In this document: positions 24,216 to 37,679 of the stretch, one piece after another
Layout: every line of letters begins with the position of its first letter
Numbering within the stretch: the first letter of the stretch is position 1
NCBI GenBank assembly: GCA_043228905.1
Contig: JBHGNT010000012.1
Coordinates: 1,984,001 to 2,048,000 of the forward strand
DNA length: 64,000 bases
Source of the DNA: Azolla caroliniana
Lineage: Eukaryota; Plantae; Polypodiophyta
Reading direction: 5' to 3'
The notes under the pieces: model-generated
Told to the model about the DNA's origin: nothing
What the model saw: the letters and a program-made list of their open reading frames with translations, nothing else
The model's database searches: none
Translations under genes and position numbers: made by a program

Positions 24216-25890
24216 ATAGACATGTTGCTCATGGGTATCGAGATCCAAGTAGATGAGGATGTCATCTAGATAGACCACCATGAATTGGTAGACATACTCA
24301 CGGAAGATATCATTCATCATGTGTTGGAATATGACAGGGGCATTGGTTACCCCAAATGGCATGACATGATACTCGAATAACCCGTATCGGGTTCGGAACG
24401 TCGTCTTCCATTCGTCTCCTAGACAGATGCACACACTCGTTCGAGCCGAAGGCGATCCAAAAGCTCTGGAATCAAAGGTAGTGGGTAGTGATTGCGGATC
24501 GTTACCTTCTTAAGTCCTCGGTAGTCAACACATATACGCAAGGCACCATCTTTTTTCTTGCCGAATAGGATTGGTGCCCAGACCGGAGATGTTGAGTGAC
24601 GAATGAACCCTTTCGCCAAGTTTTCGTCAATGTATGCATAGAACGCATCCAACTCTTGCTTGGATAACTCCTAGATGGGACCAAAGGGAGGACAGGCATT
24701 GTCCTGGATGTCGATTGGATAGTTGTACGATCGATGCTCTGGCATTCAATCCGCATTCCGTTTCTCAAAGACATCAGAGAACTCCCAATATTTTGAAAGA
24801 ATTGAGGTTGAATGTTCGATCGAAGTAGCAGCTTGAGCAAGATGGTCATCCTCAAGCTTCACTTGACCGGGCGAAGTGCCGATGTCATGAACAACTTTGA
24901 AGTTATTGTTAGCTTTGCCCATCCGAGTTGTGAAGTCGAGGTATTCCCTACGCCAATGCACAATGGGATTGTGCGTCACTAACCAGGAAAACCCTAGAAT
25001 GACAAGATGTTGAGGGGAAGAAATTAGATCGAACGCTATCATTTCCCGATGAAATCCCATAATGAGCTCTAGTGGAATCGTTTCTTCTATGATGGTACCC
25101 AACAGGAGAGGTCGTCCATCAATAACCTCGACCGGAATAGGCTTTGTTTTGACGACCTTAGGGATTGAGTGTATATGGTCAAAGAGAACATCCATAAAAC
25201 ATGTTGTGGCTCTAGAATCAAGTAGGGCGGTGGGGCATATCGCCCAAGTCCCTATCTGCAAGCTCACCGATATTGTAAAACCATTTCGAGATGGCGCCTC
25301 ATGAGTACAACTAATCATCTAACTGATGGAGCCCAGTTGCATAGCTCTTACTGCACCTAGGCCTTCCCATTTCCTGGTATGCAACTACCTTTCACCGGGC
25401 AAGAGGCAGCAAGATGTCCGAACACGCCACAATAGAAACACAAGTTGTTGTCTTGACGATGTTGTCATTATGTGCTGGTCAACGATCGGGGCCCCACTTT
25501 ATTCACCTTCATCGGCATAGGTGAATCGGTGGTTGGGACTTGGTTCGGGACATATGGCGGGGTTGGAGATTGAGAGGAAGAAGGCGAAAAAGAAGACGGC
25601 CCGGGCCTTGTTGCCCGGCTCGTACGCTCCTCTTGACGGAGCTCGAAGAGGCAGTTATCACAACGTACCGCCTATTTTATCGTTTCATTCCGCGAGGTCC
25701 ACTCTGGAAAATTTAGTAATAAATTTTTTACATCACCTCTCTATCCCCGACGAAAGTGATCACGTAGGGCTTGATCGCCCCACCTCACATCGTAGGCAAG
25801 TTGGCGGAATTTTGAGGCGTAGGTGGAGGTTGCGCGATTACTTTGTTGTAGGGAATAGATCTTAGTGAGCGCAACTCGACGTCGGTCTGT
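24216..25890 (-). mobile_element. Old Ty3/Gypsy element D (Tf2/chromovirus-like): gag C-terminus, PR, RT N-half; degenerate
   Basis: [40 protein letters not shown]. The RT stops at the Copia A LTR. Confidence 0.88.
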
Positions 25891-28800
25891 TGTCCTGAAG
25901 AAAACCGTCCCTAGGCGGAAACCGAGTTTAGCGTGTGTAAACCGGCCCTTACATGCGAGCACACTTTTCGTTGTATAGTAAGTAGGTAGGTACAAGTCGG
26001 CTGAGGTGAAATCCTAGGTAGCACGCATTCAATAGGGAGAGAATCGAGGTTTATCTTTGTCCGAAAGGACAGAGAATTAATATGATGTAACGAATGATAA
26101 CGGCCTCCCTCCTTGGGCTATAAAAGAGAGGGAGAGGAATGGAAAAGGGATCGCTTTTGTGGAGGAGGAAGTGCTATCGGACTGGGACCAAGCTCTTCTC
26201 CTCCTTTCTCTGTATTTGCTTTGCGCAGGTTTTCGGGAGGCTGACTCTGCTCCGTGGAACGCCCGTGCGCTTCCGGCAAAGTCTCCATCTCGCTCTTCTG
26301 TATGTGAGTGGACAGGCGTCAGTGTTCGCCTTGCCGGCCTGTAGTTGTAACCGTCTTGATATATCTTTGTATATTTATATACATACGCGTTCATATACTC
26401 AGACTTCTAGTCGTCTCGTTTGTTGCGTTGTCGGACTGTGATTCTTGTGTGCTCCCGCGTCTGTGTGTGTGCAAGTGCGTCCGCTACCTTTCCGTTCTCC
26501 TCCTTCTCAACTATTCCTCGGTCCAAGACCCCCATGGCTCTGCCCTTCCACACGCACACGCGTAATAACACGACATCTTTGGTGAACCCGACGTGAACAA
26601 GCGGCAAAGGAATAGAAAGATGAACGGGTCGGATCTCGCGGACGCCATGGCTTCGGCTGTGGATCGGATAGTGAGTGCGCGCGAAGGCGCGGGCGCCCTC
26701 GATAGGGCCATTGAAGCGGTCGTCAGCGTAATAGGCCGGTTCGGTGGGAAGGACGCCACGAGCTATTTGGAGGCCTATCGGGCCAAGATGGTAATGAGAG
26801 ACATTCCGGAAGAGAGGTGACTAACCGGATTCCCTCGACTGGCGATGCCGGGCATCCATGCGGAGGTGCTCGAGGTACGGGCTGAGAGCCGGACCTGGGA
26901 AGAGCCGGTCGTCAGCGAAATACGGCCTTGATGACGCGCTTCGGCTCTCGAAACGGGATTTCATGGAATGGGTAAAGACCCCTGAAAAGGGGAGAAACGC
27001 GTCAGTGCTCCTCCGGGAGTTTGAAGAACGCTTCGCGCGTCTTTCGGCGCTCGACCGGACCGTACTAGACACGAGTCGCGTCTTGTTGTTCGTTAAGTCG
27101 GTGGATGCGAGGGACCAGGAGCAAGTGGGTCTCCTGCTGGAGACTGATGACGGGCTGACGGCCGGCTGGGCCGTGGTGAAGAGAGTTTGTGGTCGTTTTG
27201 ACAAACGGCGAGAGTGGGTCGATAAAGGATCAACAGGGGCAAGCTCTGTAGCAGCAAGGAATCTTGAGCCAACCCCGCCAGCACGAAGGGAAGAGACCCG
27301 AGACTGGCTCGGGACCGGATCGACTTCAACCGGCATGGTCAGAGGCTCAAGTGGAGGAGCAGCTCTAGAGGAGCTTACTAGGATGGTAAAGGACCTCCAA
27401 ATTGCACAAGCACTGAAGGACGGCGGCGAACATGCCCGTGACTGAAAGCCTCTGGCTGGAAACCGGTGTTTGTGGTGCGACGCGATCGGCCACGTCCGGA
27501 GGGACTGCGGGGACTTCGCCGAGGCAATGAGAGCCAACGTGGTTACCTATGGAACGGTTGAACCCGAAGGGCCCTGGACCTGAATGTCGGACGAGGGGGT
27601 ATGAAACGGCTGATAGAAGAAGCGGCGGCTCACCACGTGGAGACCGTCCACTACTCGGCGTCGGTCAGGGATCCGGGTCAGAGGTGGTGAGGCTCGGAAG
27701 ATGGACGAAGCCAGATTCTGGCCGCTAATGCTGGAAAGCCTCACCGGCGAGCGACTAAGGAAAGAAGAAGCGGACCGCGCGGAAAAACGGGTCCGGGAGG
27801 TAACCGGGTGGAGTGACCCGGTCGAAGAGAAGACGGGCTTCGTTGAAGCCGCATGCCAGAACTACAAGGCTCTGGTGGAAGACAAGCGAGTAGGTAAAAC
27901 CGGAGGGGCCGGGCCCTCGTAACGGTACGAGACCCGATTCGGCCAAAGGCAGAATGAGGCCGGTACGACCGGCGCACCGGATAAAGCCAAGAAGGCCGGG
28001 TATCGGTTGAGCATGGAAATCGAACGGACCACGGACCTGCGAAAGGTCCTAGAGGAACGTATCCTCGATAGCAAAGTGGAGCTGTCACTGAGGGAAGTGC
28101 TTGGGATCGCCAAGAAGGAGTTCCACGACTCCATTGTAGACTTGGTGAAGAGGAAGAGGCTGTCGACAAAGCCAAAGCCGGAGAAGCCGGTGGAAGTGCG
28201 AACGACGCATGTAGAGGACATGGCGCTAGAAGACGAGTTGGAAGAGAGCCACTATTCGAGGCCGCACTAGGCCAGAGCGACCACGGAAACCCCTGTTAAG
28301 ATCGGGGATGTCCAGGAGCCGGTGGTGGCGTTGGTGGACCACGGTTCAGAAATCAACTTGATGTCCATGGACTTCTACAAGAAGGGGAAATGGCCGATCC
28401 ACACCAAACACGGCTGGAAAATACAGGCAGCGACACGCGCCACAGAAGAACTACATGGAGCCTGCCCGAACATACGGGTGAAAATCGGTGATGTCGAGAT
28501 CGACCAGCACTTCTTCGTGCAAGAGATATCCTCACATCCGGTTATACTAGGAGAACCATACATCACGGCGGCACGAACGGAGACCAAGGTGCTGGACAAC
28601 GGTTCGGCCTATGCAAGAGTCAAGAGCCAGGACAAGCGTCACTCAGTCCAGTTCCTGACGGTGCGACCAAACCATGAGCGTAACCGCGAGACCCTCGGAG
28701 GCGAAACCCGAGGGGATTATTAGAGAGGGCTATCAAGGCATGGGGCCGCGATAGTCCGGACACCCCAGAAAAACCCCACAAATGTACAGTAGGGAAGAAG

Positions 28801-31800
28801 ACCTGTACCATAGGTAGGAAATTTTGGTTCTCCGACAACAGGGGTTGTACTATAACCGGCGTCAACGGCCGGGAAAGGAAGCGAGCGAAGGAGCGGCTTA
28901 GGGGATGCAGAGTCCTCTCCCTCGATGAAGAGATCAGCGGCGCCGTGGAGGCGGTCTCTTTTGACGACACCTTGGGCGAGTTACGAAAGGTGATCGGGGA
29001 AGACCTTAGAGAAGACCGGACTGTTCTGGTTAGTTCGATGGGGATGTACGAAGTCATCGCGGACTTCGGGGAAAGGATCGGGTTGGATCGGACGGCCCGC
29101 GTGGATACAAAGTACAAGACTGTGGACCGGAAGGTGAGGCCAGTCGCGGCACCCTTGCCAGAGGGCAGCGAGGAGCAGATAAAAGGGGTCGCGTCGGACC
29201 CAAGTTTACGGAATCCGGCTGGCATAGGGCACCGGTTCACCAACATAACGCTATGAGAGCTCAAGATCGGTGGGGGCGGCTTTCTACTGTCGGTAGAAGA
29301 GGACCGGTTTCGGAGAATGCTCGGGAGGCACGGGAAGGCTTTCGCATTCTCATCGGAGGAGATCGGGTGCATAGACCCGACAGTTGTTGAACCGATGGTG
29401 ATCTTCACGGTACCGCATGTACCGTGGAATCTCAAACCGATTCCGGTGCCGAGAGCTCACATCCCGAAGTTGATGGAGCTTCTGAAGCAAAAGGTGGAGA
29501 TGGGCATCCTCAAACCATCGAGTGCCCCGTATTCGAATCGGTGGTTTACGGTGCGGAAGAAGAATGGCACGTTGCGCTTCATTCAGGACCTGCAACCGGT
29601 CAACAAAGTGACCATTCGGAATGCAGGAATCGGACCGACCATAGACGAGTTCGCAGTGGCCTTCGCCGGAAGGTCGATTTACTCTGTCGGTGATCTGTAC
29701 TCGGGGTACGATCAGTTCCAACTAGCCGTGGAGAGCAGAGACATTATGACGATGCGGACTCCCCTCGACCTAGTGCGAATGTGTACCCTACCACAAGGAG
29801 GGACGAACTCGGTGGCTCACATGGTGAACGCGATGAACAAAGTGCTCACGGATTGTATCCCGAACATCACCATGCCATTCTTAGACGACATCCCGATCAA
29901 GGGATGCCCAGTGGAGAAAAAGGACGAGACGATCGGACCGGACAGATGTTGGAATTTCGTGGCGACTCACATCGATGACTGTGAAAAGGTGCTCCAGCAA
30001 CTAGAAGGCGCGAGGCTCACCTTCTTCGGGGAAAAATTGGCCTTCCGGCAATCAGAGATCATGGTCGTCAGGCACCTATGCGGACCATACGGTCGGAAAC
30101 CGTCTCCGACCAAGGTGGAAGCCATCTCCGCGATGAAGCATGACTGCAATTCAGTTACGGAGGTACGGAGATTCTTGGGAGCATGCGCGTTCTACCATAT
30201 CTGGATCCCGCATTACGCCCATGTCGTAGAGCCGTTGTATGGGTTGCTGAAGAAAGGGCGTAAATTCGAGTGGGAAGACAAGCATACGGAGTCAGTCTGA
30301 AAGATGAAGGGAGCACTTGCCACGGCACCGGCGCTCCGAAAGGCTGTCTACAGCAAAGACACTCCGATTTACGTAACCGTAGACACGAGTCCGACCGGGA
30401 TTGGATGGGTGATCAACCAGGAGGATGACGTTGGCATGAGGTTCCCCATCCGGTTCGGCACAAAGGTCCACAGTGAGCGACAGCGAGGATACGCCTAGGT
30501 TAAACGCGAACTCTGGGGTATCATTTCGGCGGTGAAGGCCGATAAAGACTACCTGATCGGGACAGAGGTAATAATCGAGACGGACTGCCTGCCGATTCTC
30601 GGCATGGTTTCCGGATGCGCAACGCCGGACCTGGCAATGCTCAGGTGGATAGCGTACATCAAGTCCCTAAATCCGGAGATAAGACACATTTCCGGAAAGG
30701 AGAATGTCATGGCCGACATGCTCTCAAGGGCGAGGTTCGAAAACGAGGACGGCATGGTTTCGGAGGACAAGGAAGTCGGCGTAGATTTCTTCGAGGCAGC
30801 ATACGTGACAACCAGAAAGGGGAGCAGTCCGGCGCTTAACGAATTCGACGAGAGCAAGTATGACGGGGAGTGGCTCCGGATCGGCGGGCTCCTGAAAACA
30901 ATGACATCGGACACGGTGTGGACAAAGGAAGAGACCAACTGGATCCGGAAGAAAGCGTATCGATTCTTCCTTCGGGACGGGTACATATGGAAGCACTTGA
31001 AGAAGAGGGACGGCATCCCGCTCCGAGTGGTGGCGAAGAAGGAGGAACGGGAGGAGTTGCTGGAGGCCTACCACGAGAGTCCCTGGGCCACGTTCGAGAA
31101 GCTAAAGGAGAAGTATTGGTGGTCGGGACTGTACCGGGATGTGCATCGGTTCGTGACACTTGCGAAAGCTGTCAGATGCACTCCATAGTCTGACACCAAG
31201 ACGAGCTTCACCAGACCTACCCTCCAACCATCCATTTCAAGTGGATGGTGAACTTGGTGACGATGCCGATGGGAGTAGGACATATGTGATACCTGGTGCT
31301 TGCGCGGGAAGACTTAACGAACCAAGTGGAAGGTCGGGCACAACAGAACAAGACAACCGCGGTGGTATGCCGGTTCCTGATCGAAGAGGTAGTGTGTCGG
31401 TACGGGTGCATCGGGAGGATCGTGGCTGACCGTGGAGAGTTGGACGCGCAAGAGGCTGAAGAGTTGTTTGACCGACTAGGGGTCAAACTCTCGCTCACCA
31501 CAGCGTACAATCTGGAGGCTAACGGGAAGGTGGAGCGCGGACACGGGCCGATTGTCAAAGCGCTAGTATAGGCGTGCAAAGGCCAAGTCGGGAACTGGCC
31601 GCGACTGCTACCTTATGCCTTGTGGGCGGACCGAACTACGCACAGTTCGGTAACCGGGTTCATGCCGGCAGAGCTTATGTATGGACAGAGGCCGATCATG
31701 CCAACGAAGCAAACCATCTCCTCATGGGCCACAATGGATTGGAGAGATGAGATGAGCCGGGAGGAGCTGCTAGCGGCACGGATTCCACAGCTCGAGCGAA

Positions 31801-32924
31801 GGCCGGAGGATGTGGAAAGAGCCGCGGAGAAGCTTCAGTTGGCAAGGTTGAAGAACAAAGAGCGGTTTGACCGGACTCACCGACTGCGACCGAAGAAAAT
31901 CGAGGAAGGCGACTGGGTCCTAGTGTATGACAACAACCTCGACAACCAGCACAGGTGGTTCGAGCCTTACGCGGTGACAGGCGCCAACGACAACGGGACC
32001 TACCATCTTGCAGAGCTCGACGGTACGAGGATGGCAATACCGGTAGCGGGGAAGAGGGTCAAAGCGTTTAAGAAACGACACGACTACGAGCTGGATCTGG
32101 AAAGCATGGACGGCGACGACGGGCAGTCTGAGGCGGATAACGACCCGGAAGACGAGGAGTAAAGCATGGACCGGTTTTCTCCGGCAAGAGCCCAATTTTG
32201 GCGCATACCGGTGGATGCGCGGTTAGGTGGGGCGGATGTCATTAAGAAAATCATCCCTAGGCGAAAACCGAGTTTAGCGTGTGTAAACCGGCCCTTACAT
32301 GCGACCACACTTTTCGTTGTATAGTAAGTAGGTAGGTACAAGTCGGCTGAGGTGAAATCCTAGGTAGCACGCATTCAATAGGGAGAGAATCGAGGTGTAT
32401 CTTTGTCCGAAAGGACAGAGAATTAATATGATGTAACGAATGATAACGGCCTCCCTCCTTGGGCTATAAAAGAGAGGGAGAGGAATGAAAAAGGGATCGC
32501 TTTTGTGGAGGAGGAAGTGTTGTCGGACTAGGACCGAGCTCTTCTCCTCCTTCTTTCTCTGTATTTGCTTTGCGCAGGTTTTCGGGAGGCTGACTCTGCT
32601 CTGTGGCATGCCCGTGTGCTTCCGGCAGAGTCTCCATCTCGCTCTTCTGTATGTGAGTGGACAGGCGTCAGTGTTCGCCTTGCCGGCCTATAGTTGTAAC
32701 CGTCTTGATATATCTTTGTATATTTATATACATACGCGTTCATATACTCGGACTTCTAGTCGTCTCGTTTGCTGCGTTGTCGGACTGTGATTCCTGTGTG
32801 CTCCCGCGTCCGTGTGTGTGCAAGTGCATCCGCTACCTTTCCGTTCTCCTCCTTCTTAACTATTCCTCGGTCCAAGACCCCCATGGCCCCACCCTTCTAC
32901 ACGCACGCGCGTAATAACGCGACA
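25891..32924 (+). mobile_element. Ty3/Gypsy element E, full length, tRNA-Trp PBS, degenerate
   Basis: LTRs 25891-26575 and 32237-32924 (TGTC...GACA, several percent divergent). PBS TGGTGAACCCGACGTGA (26580-26596). PPT TTAGGTGGGGCGGA. PR LVDHGSEINLM, RT PQGGTNS/PFLDDI, RH VDTSPTGIGW, IN ADRGE...YNLEANGKVERGH. Flanks CTGT and TCGT. Confidence 0.94.
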
Positions 32925-33115
32925 TCGTCTCCCCGAAAATAGCTTCAAACTCCTTGTAGAAGGCTGGGAAATCTTCCAAAAGTGGAGATATCGTTTCCAC
33001 CAAGGGAGCGAACCACACCTCCACTGATCCTGTCATCATTGAACCCAAGAGACCGACCTGGTGGAACCTTGTGGCGTAACGACGGGGATGTAGGTGGATG
33101 ATAAGGTGAACAAAC
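32925..33115 (-). mobile_element. Gypsy D gag, upstream part
   Basis: Reads ...HPRRYATRFHQVGLLGSMMTGSVEVWFAPLVET...FEAIFGET and joins in frame to DRRRVALTKIYSLQQ on the other side of element E. Confidence 0.8.
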
Positions 33116-36100
33116 TGTTAAGGGCAGAAGATTTGAGGCCACAAGGATGTGATTGACAAGCCTAAAAGCATTACAAAGACACGATTGACAAGCTAAGGGC
33201 AAGTATCATTGATTGATGTTGTTCACCTTGAAATCATTCAAGGTGAACTCAAATATTTATACTAAGCGGCATGCATGCCTGTTGCGTGCATGTGATACAC
33301 TAGCGCATGTATGCATGCATGTGGCAAGTGTGAATAATACAATGGAGCGATTACGCTCATGATACTAGTTTAAAGCTAAAAGAACAATGGTTGTATATTG
33401 GACATGTTGGTTAACCCATAACGCTAGATTATAACACAAGAGGTCATGAGTTCGAATGTTCATGTGACTGTTGTCATGTTTGTGACATTAGGCCTCATAT
33501 TTATAGTCAGACCTAAAGCACCCATTCAAGTTCACACTTGGCCCTTATGGGTTGTTTCAATTCCTAGGATTAAAAGTAATCCCTTCTTTACACTCTCGAT
33601 TAACCCGCACACTTTATCCTCGTGTGTAGAATACTATGGTACAACTTACCACGGGATCATTTATGGTCATACTCGTAACAACAGAAACGCTCTTGATTGT
33701 GCAATGTATACAAGAAACTTTAGCAAGATTAGTAAGAGAGATGGCACATGCTATAATAGCAAATAGTTTGAGAAATTTGTAACATATTTGACTTTCTTAT
33801 TGTGTCACCCCATAATATCATGTTAAAGAAAACATAATCGTCTTCAATTTCACCCAAGATGAATTGATGTTTTTTCCTTTCATTTCTTCCAATCAATAAG
33901 CCTTCCCACCTATGTTGTTCCAAGCATCTTAAACCTAACCTTATTAATACGTGTTTTTATTAGCTATTTACTGTAAGTTTGATGAGACAAACATGATCTA
34001 TCTATCTTAGCGCATTGCTCACTTGTTTTAACACCTTGTGAGTTATGATGAATGCAATCATTTAGGTAAGAGCCCACATGAACTAGGTATGCATTTTTCA
34101 TTCATGCTCGTGAGTGGTGTAATAAGTGTAATAACATTTATCGCATGCATGGGTTTTTAATAAACATATATGAGACACATGTCCATACATACATACATAA
34201 ATATATAGGTGCGTGTCTGTGTGTGTTTATGTATGTATATACTTAGCATTGTTATACACAATCATATCATGATATTTGACTTGAGCATGGAATTTCTTTG
34301 AGTGCTTTGTGTTGCTACTTATATAATTAATGCTCAACGAGAAATGCTATAGAGCTTGGAAGTAATATTGTTATTCAACAATGCAATGCTTCATGTTGGT
34401 TCTTATATTGTTAATATATCTTAATAAATGGTGTGTATGATTACTGAATAATCTGATCATTTACTATGGTGTGGCAACACATGCTTTAAAACCACAAATA
34501 GAATAGGCTAGATACACATTCATGACACCCAATTCTTTGCATTATGACATTTTGATTCCAAAGTATCAACCACTAAATCCAATTATTACTCATTATTTCA
34601 GTTATAATATCTACATTATTCTCATTTTCCTTAGGATGGCAGTACTTTGAAATTTGATCAATAGAATATGAATAATGATTGTCATTGGGTGGTCAGGTAA
34701 TGGGGGATGCATGATCATATGCATGTTGCATAATTATGTGGAAATTTGTCTCAACGAATTGGTGTACCGATTTAACATTCTAAATCATGCATGTTACGTA
34801 TGCCATACATTAAGTGGTAGTTGTATAATCTTTATAATATTGTGACAAATCATCAAAATGGTCTTTACATATGGAGATTATTAAACTTTGGCCACAATAG
34901 TTTCAAAATCTCTAATGTGATTGCACAACATTACAAATACAATATAATATATGTAAAATGTTATTTTCAAAGTCACTTACTCAAAACATGCATCAATAAT
35001 GTAACATTACAATACGTGAAAAATTGTCCAATTCATCATATATTGGCATTTTCAAACTCATGAATCATATGTGTCTCCCATTTCCTATAGTTTAAAAGAG
35101 TCTGTTTTGGGTGAACTTGTACTACTTTGATACATTTGCATTCAACATTTTAAAACTCACTAACATGTTTCTCCTATTTCCAACATTCTAGAAGAGTCGT
35201 TGAGGTGAATATTAACTAATTGAGACTATTTTAGTATAAGTTGTCATTCACAACGAAAAGGTTATGGGTTCAACTATCTTCAACTCTCTCATAAAGCAAG
35301 GGAATATCTATGGTCAATTCATGTGTATGTGTCAACAAGGCCATTTCCCTAGAACACTAAGTGATATCTCCTTGATTGATAGAGGATCACACACGTACAT
35401 GGCTATTATGGTGGTAAGAGGGAACCTTATTTCACGGCTACGCACTCATGTAATTCGCTAAATTTTGGATGGGGTCACAAACCAAACCACCTAAGCGGGT
35501 CTATAATTGAGTACAAGAAAAAATCATAGTTGGTTGTGCGGCCATGACATCACAACCATTGTGGTGGTACTCAACCATGTAACTTGGCTTATGTTTGGAT
35601 GGCAAAGGTGCCAAACACACCTAAATGGGTCCTTCAATTTGACTAGGTCGCCATCTAACCTCATATTCAAGCAATTTGTAATATTTGGATACGAAGTGGT
35701 TTCTTCCATGACATGCTCACCCAATCATTAACTTCAAATATTTATAAGAGTCCATGCACTACTTACGCTTAATATAAAGTTCCAAGAGTATAATCCTAAC
35801 CTTTAACAAGAAAGGTCAACCAAGAAAAAGGAAGGGAATCAATGTGAGATAGATGGAAAATAAGTGTACTATTCATTGCATGATTGCTCCCACTACTTGA
35901 CAACCTAATGTTGGGATGCTAGTGACAACATTGTTGCCAAACTTTGCTTTGCCTAGACAAGGCTTAATAACCAAAGCTCTCAATGAATTTGGCATTTCCA
36001 AGATTATGAAGCCATACACAAAATGCCTCCTTTTTGAAAGATGCATTTCCACATGATCAAAACGCAAGCTGTTTGGATTTTAAGGCATGAGAGTTTGCCA

Positions 36101-37679
36101 AAACATGCTTGTAGACCATCAAGTATGGCAGCAATTTAACTTGAAACGTGGTGAAAATTTCTTGCTTGGATAAAACAAGAAGAGTTGTCATGTACACAAA
36201 TATGCCATGGTAATCTTTTGTGAAGATACAATTCCAATTTCTTTCATTTTCCATTCCAATACGGATAAAGGAGCAAGTTTCCAAATAGATACAATACAAT
36301 GTCTGATCTTGCTAACCATGTTTTCTTGGTCTCTCTGTTATATAGGAGACGCACAATCATATTTCAAGGACTTTTCATTCTCCAAACTATTTACGGAATT
36401 TGCGTTTCAGAGCATTGTGTCCCAGGCAAGCATATTATTGCTTCCACATAGCAACAGTCTAGCCAACATGGGTATTCTTGTTACTTTCGCTACTCGGGGT
36501 TGTGGCATTCATAGAAGATGAATACAGTAGATAAGAATACGGATGCTTTAGATTAATTAGGCAAACTTGTTTGATTTGGTTCTGCAGTATTACGACACTA
36601 CAAAAAATGGCATTTTTGAAAATTCTCAAAATGGTGATCCAACACTCCTGAATCGATATTATCTTGTAACTCATCAGCAGCCATATTTTACTACTGTAAA
36701 CAATTCAGAAGTCAATTCAATTGGCTCATGCACAAAATATCGTGAGATCTTAGGACTATCTACAGAATTGTTTTTTTGGCAAAAAAAAAGACACAAGGAA
36801 AAAGATGAATTTATTACCATATTTAAATAAAATTTTGTTAACCAAGATATATATGCTCTAGCCAATCTAAATTACAAAAATGTTCATATATCTTGCATTC
36901 CATCCCCATTGGTTATATGTTTGTGACAGACCTTCTAAAGATAGATAAGACATACCTTCTTTGGCAATTTCATGTGCCTGGGTGGAAGATAGAGAAACCC
37001 AGAAAATAGCAAGAAAAGCTCCAACTTCCATCATTATATATATCTGTACTTGTAACACAATATGAAAGTAATCTTGCATAACATTTTCTCTGTCTTATTT
37101 CCTTGTTTCACTGAACTATAGACCTTGCACAAACGCGTTCTTTTTTATCCGATATGCAGCATCACAGATTTTCTTCTTGTTTTTTCACCTCTGTTTTGCC
37201 TTGCTAAATAAAAGAAGGAAACATATGAATCTTTACGCATATTGAAACAAATCTGCTTAAAGTTTGAGCAAAGGTAAAAAAGACATATCAGGTGCAACAT
37301 ATAACTCCCAGTAAATTAACATAATTTTCCAGGATCAACACAGGGGCAGGGCCTGGCTCATTCAAATTCACATCAGCTGATATGAATCTTTCACAGCAAT
37401 ACCAATAAAAATGTAGCATATAAATGCTTACATTTAGATTAGTTTATGATGGGCTCAATTGCACACACTTCATAGCAAAACATGTGTTGTTATTTTCATG
37501 AATGTGTAAAGAGCCAAATATATGAATCGACCTAATGACTATGCATGTCAGACCGTAACCTGTTTACCTTCCATGTAGGGAGTACAATATTATGAATTGG
37601 CTTACCTTGTGCATCCACCTCTGACATTCTCACTATAAATTACAAAACCACTAGTAAACTCCAGGTCAATGAGCCACAT

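Noticed and set aside
33116-33436. Possible solo LTR (TGTTA...TAACA) truncating Gypsy D gag
   Set aside because: Flanks CAAAC and CAAGA do not form a clean TSD, and there is no second copy in the window.
36345-36425. Exon-like segment AG|GDAQSYFKDFSFSKLFTEFAFQSIVSQ
   Set aside because: No recognisable family, non-canonical donor and no partner exons found.
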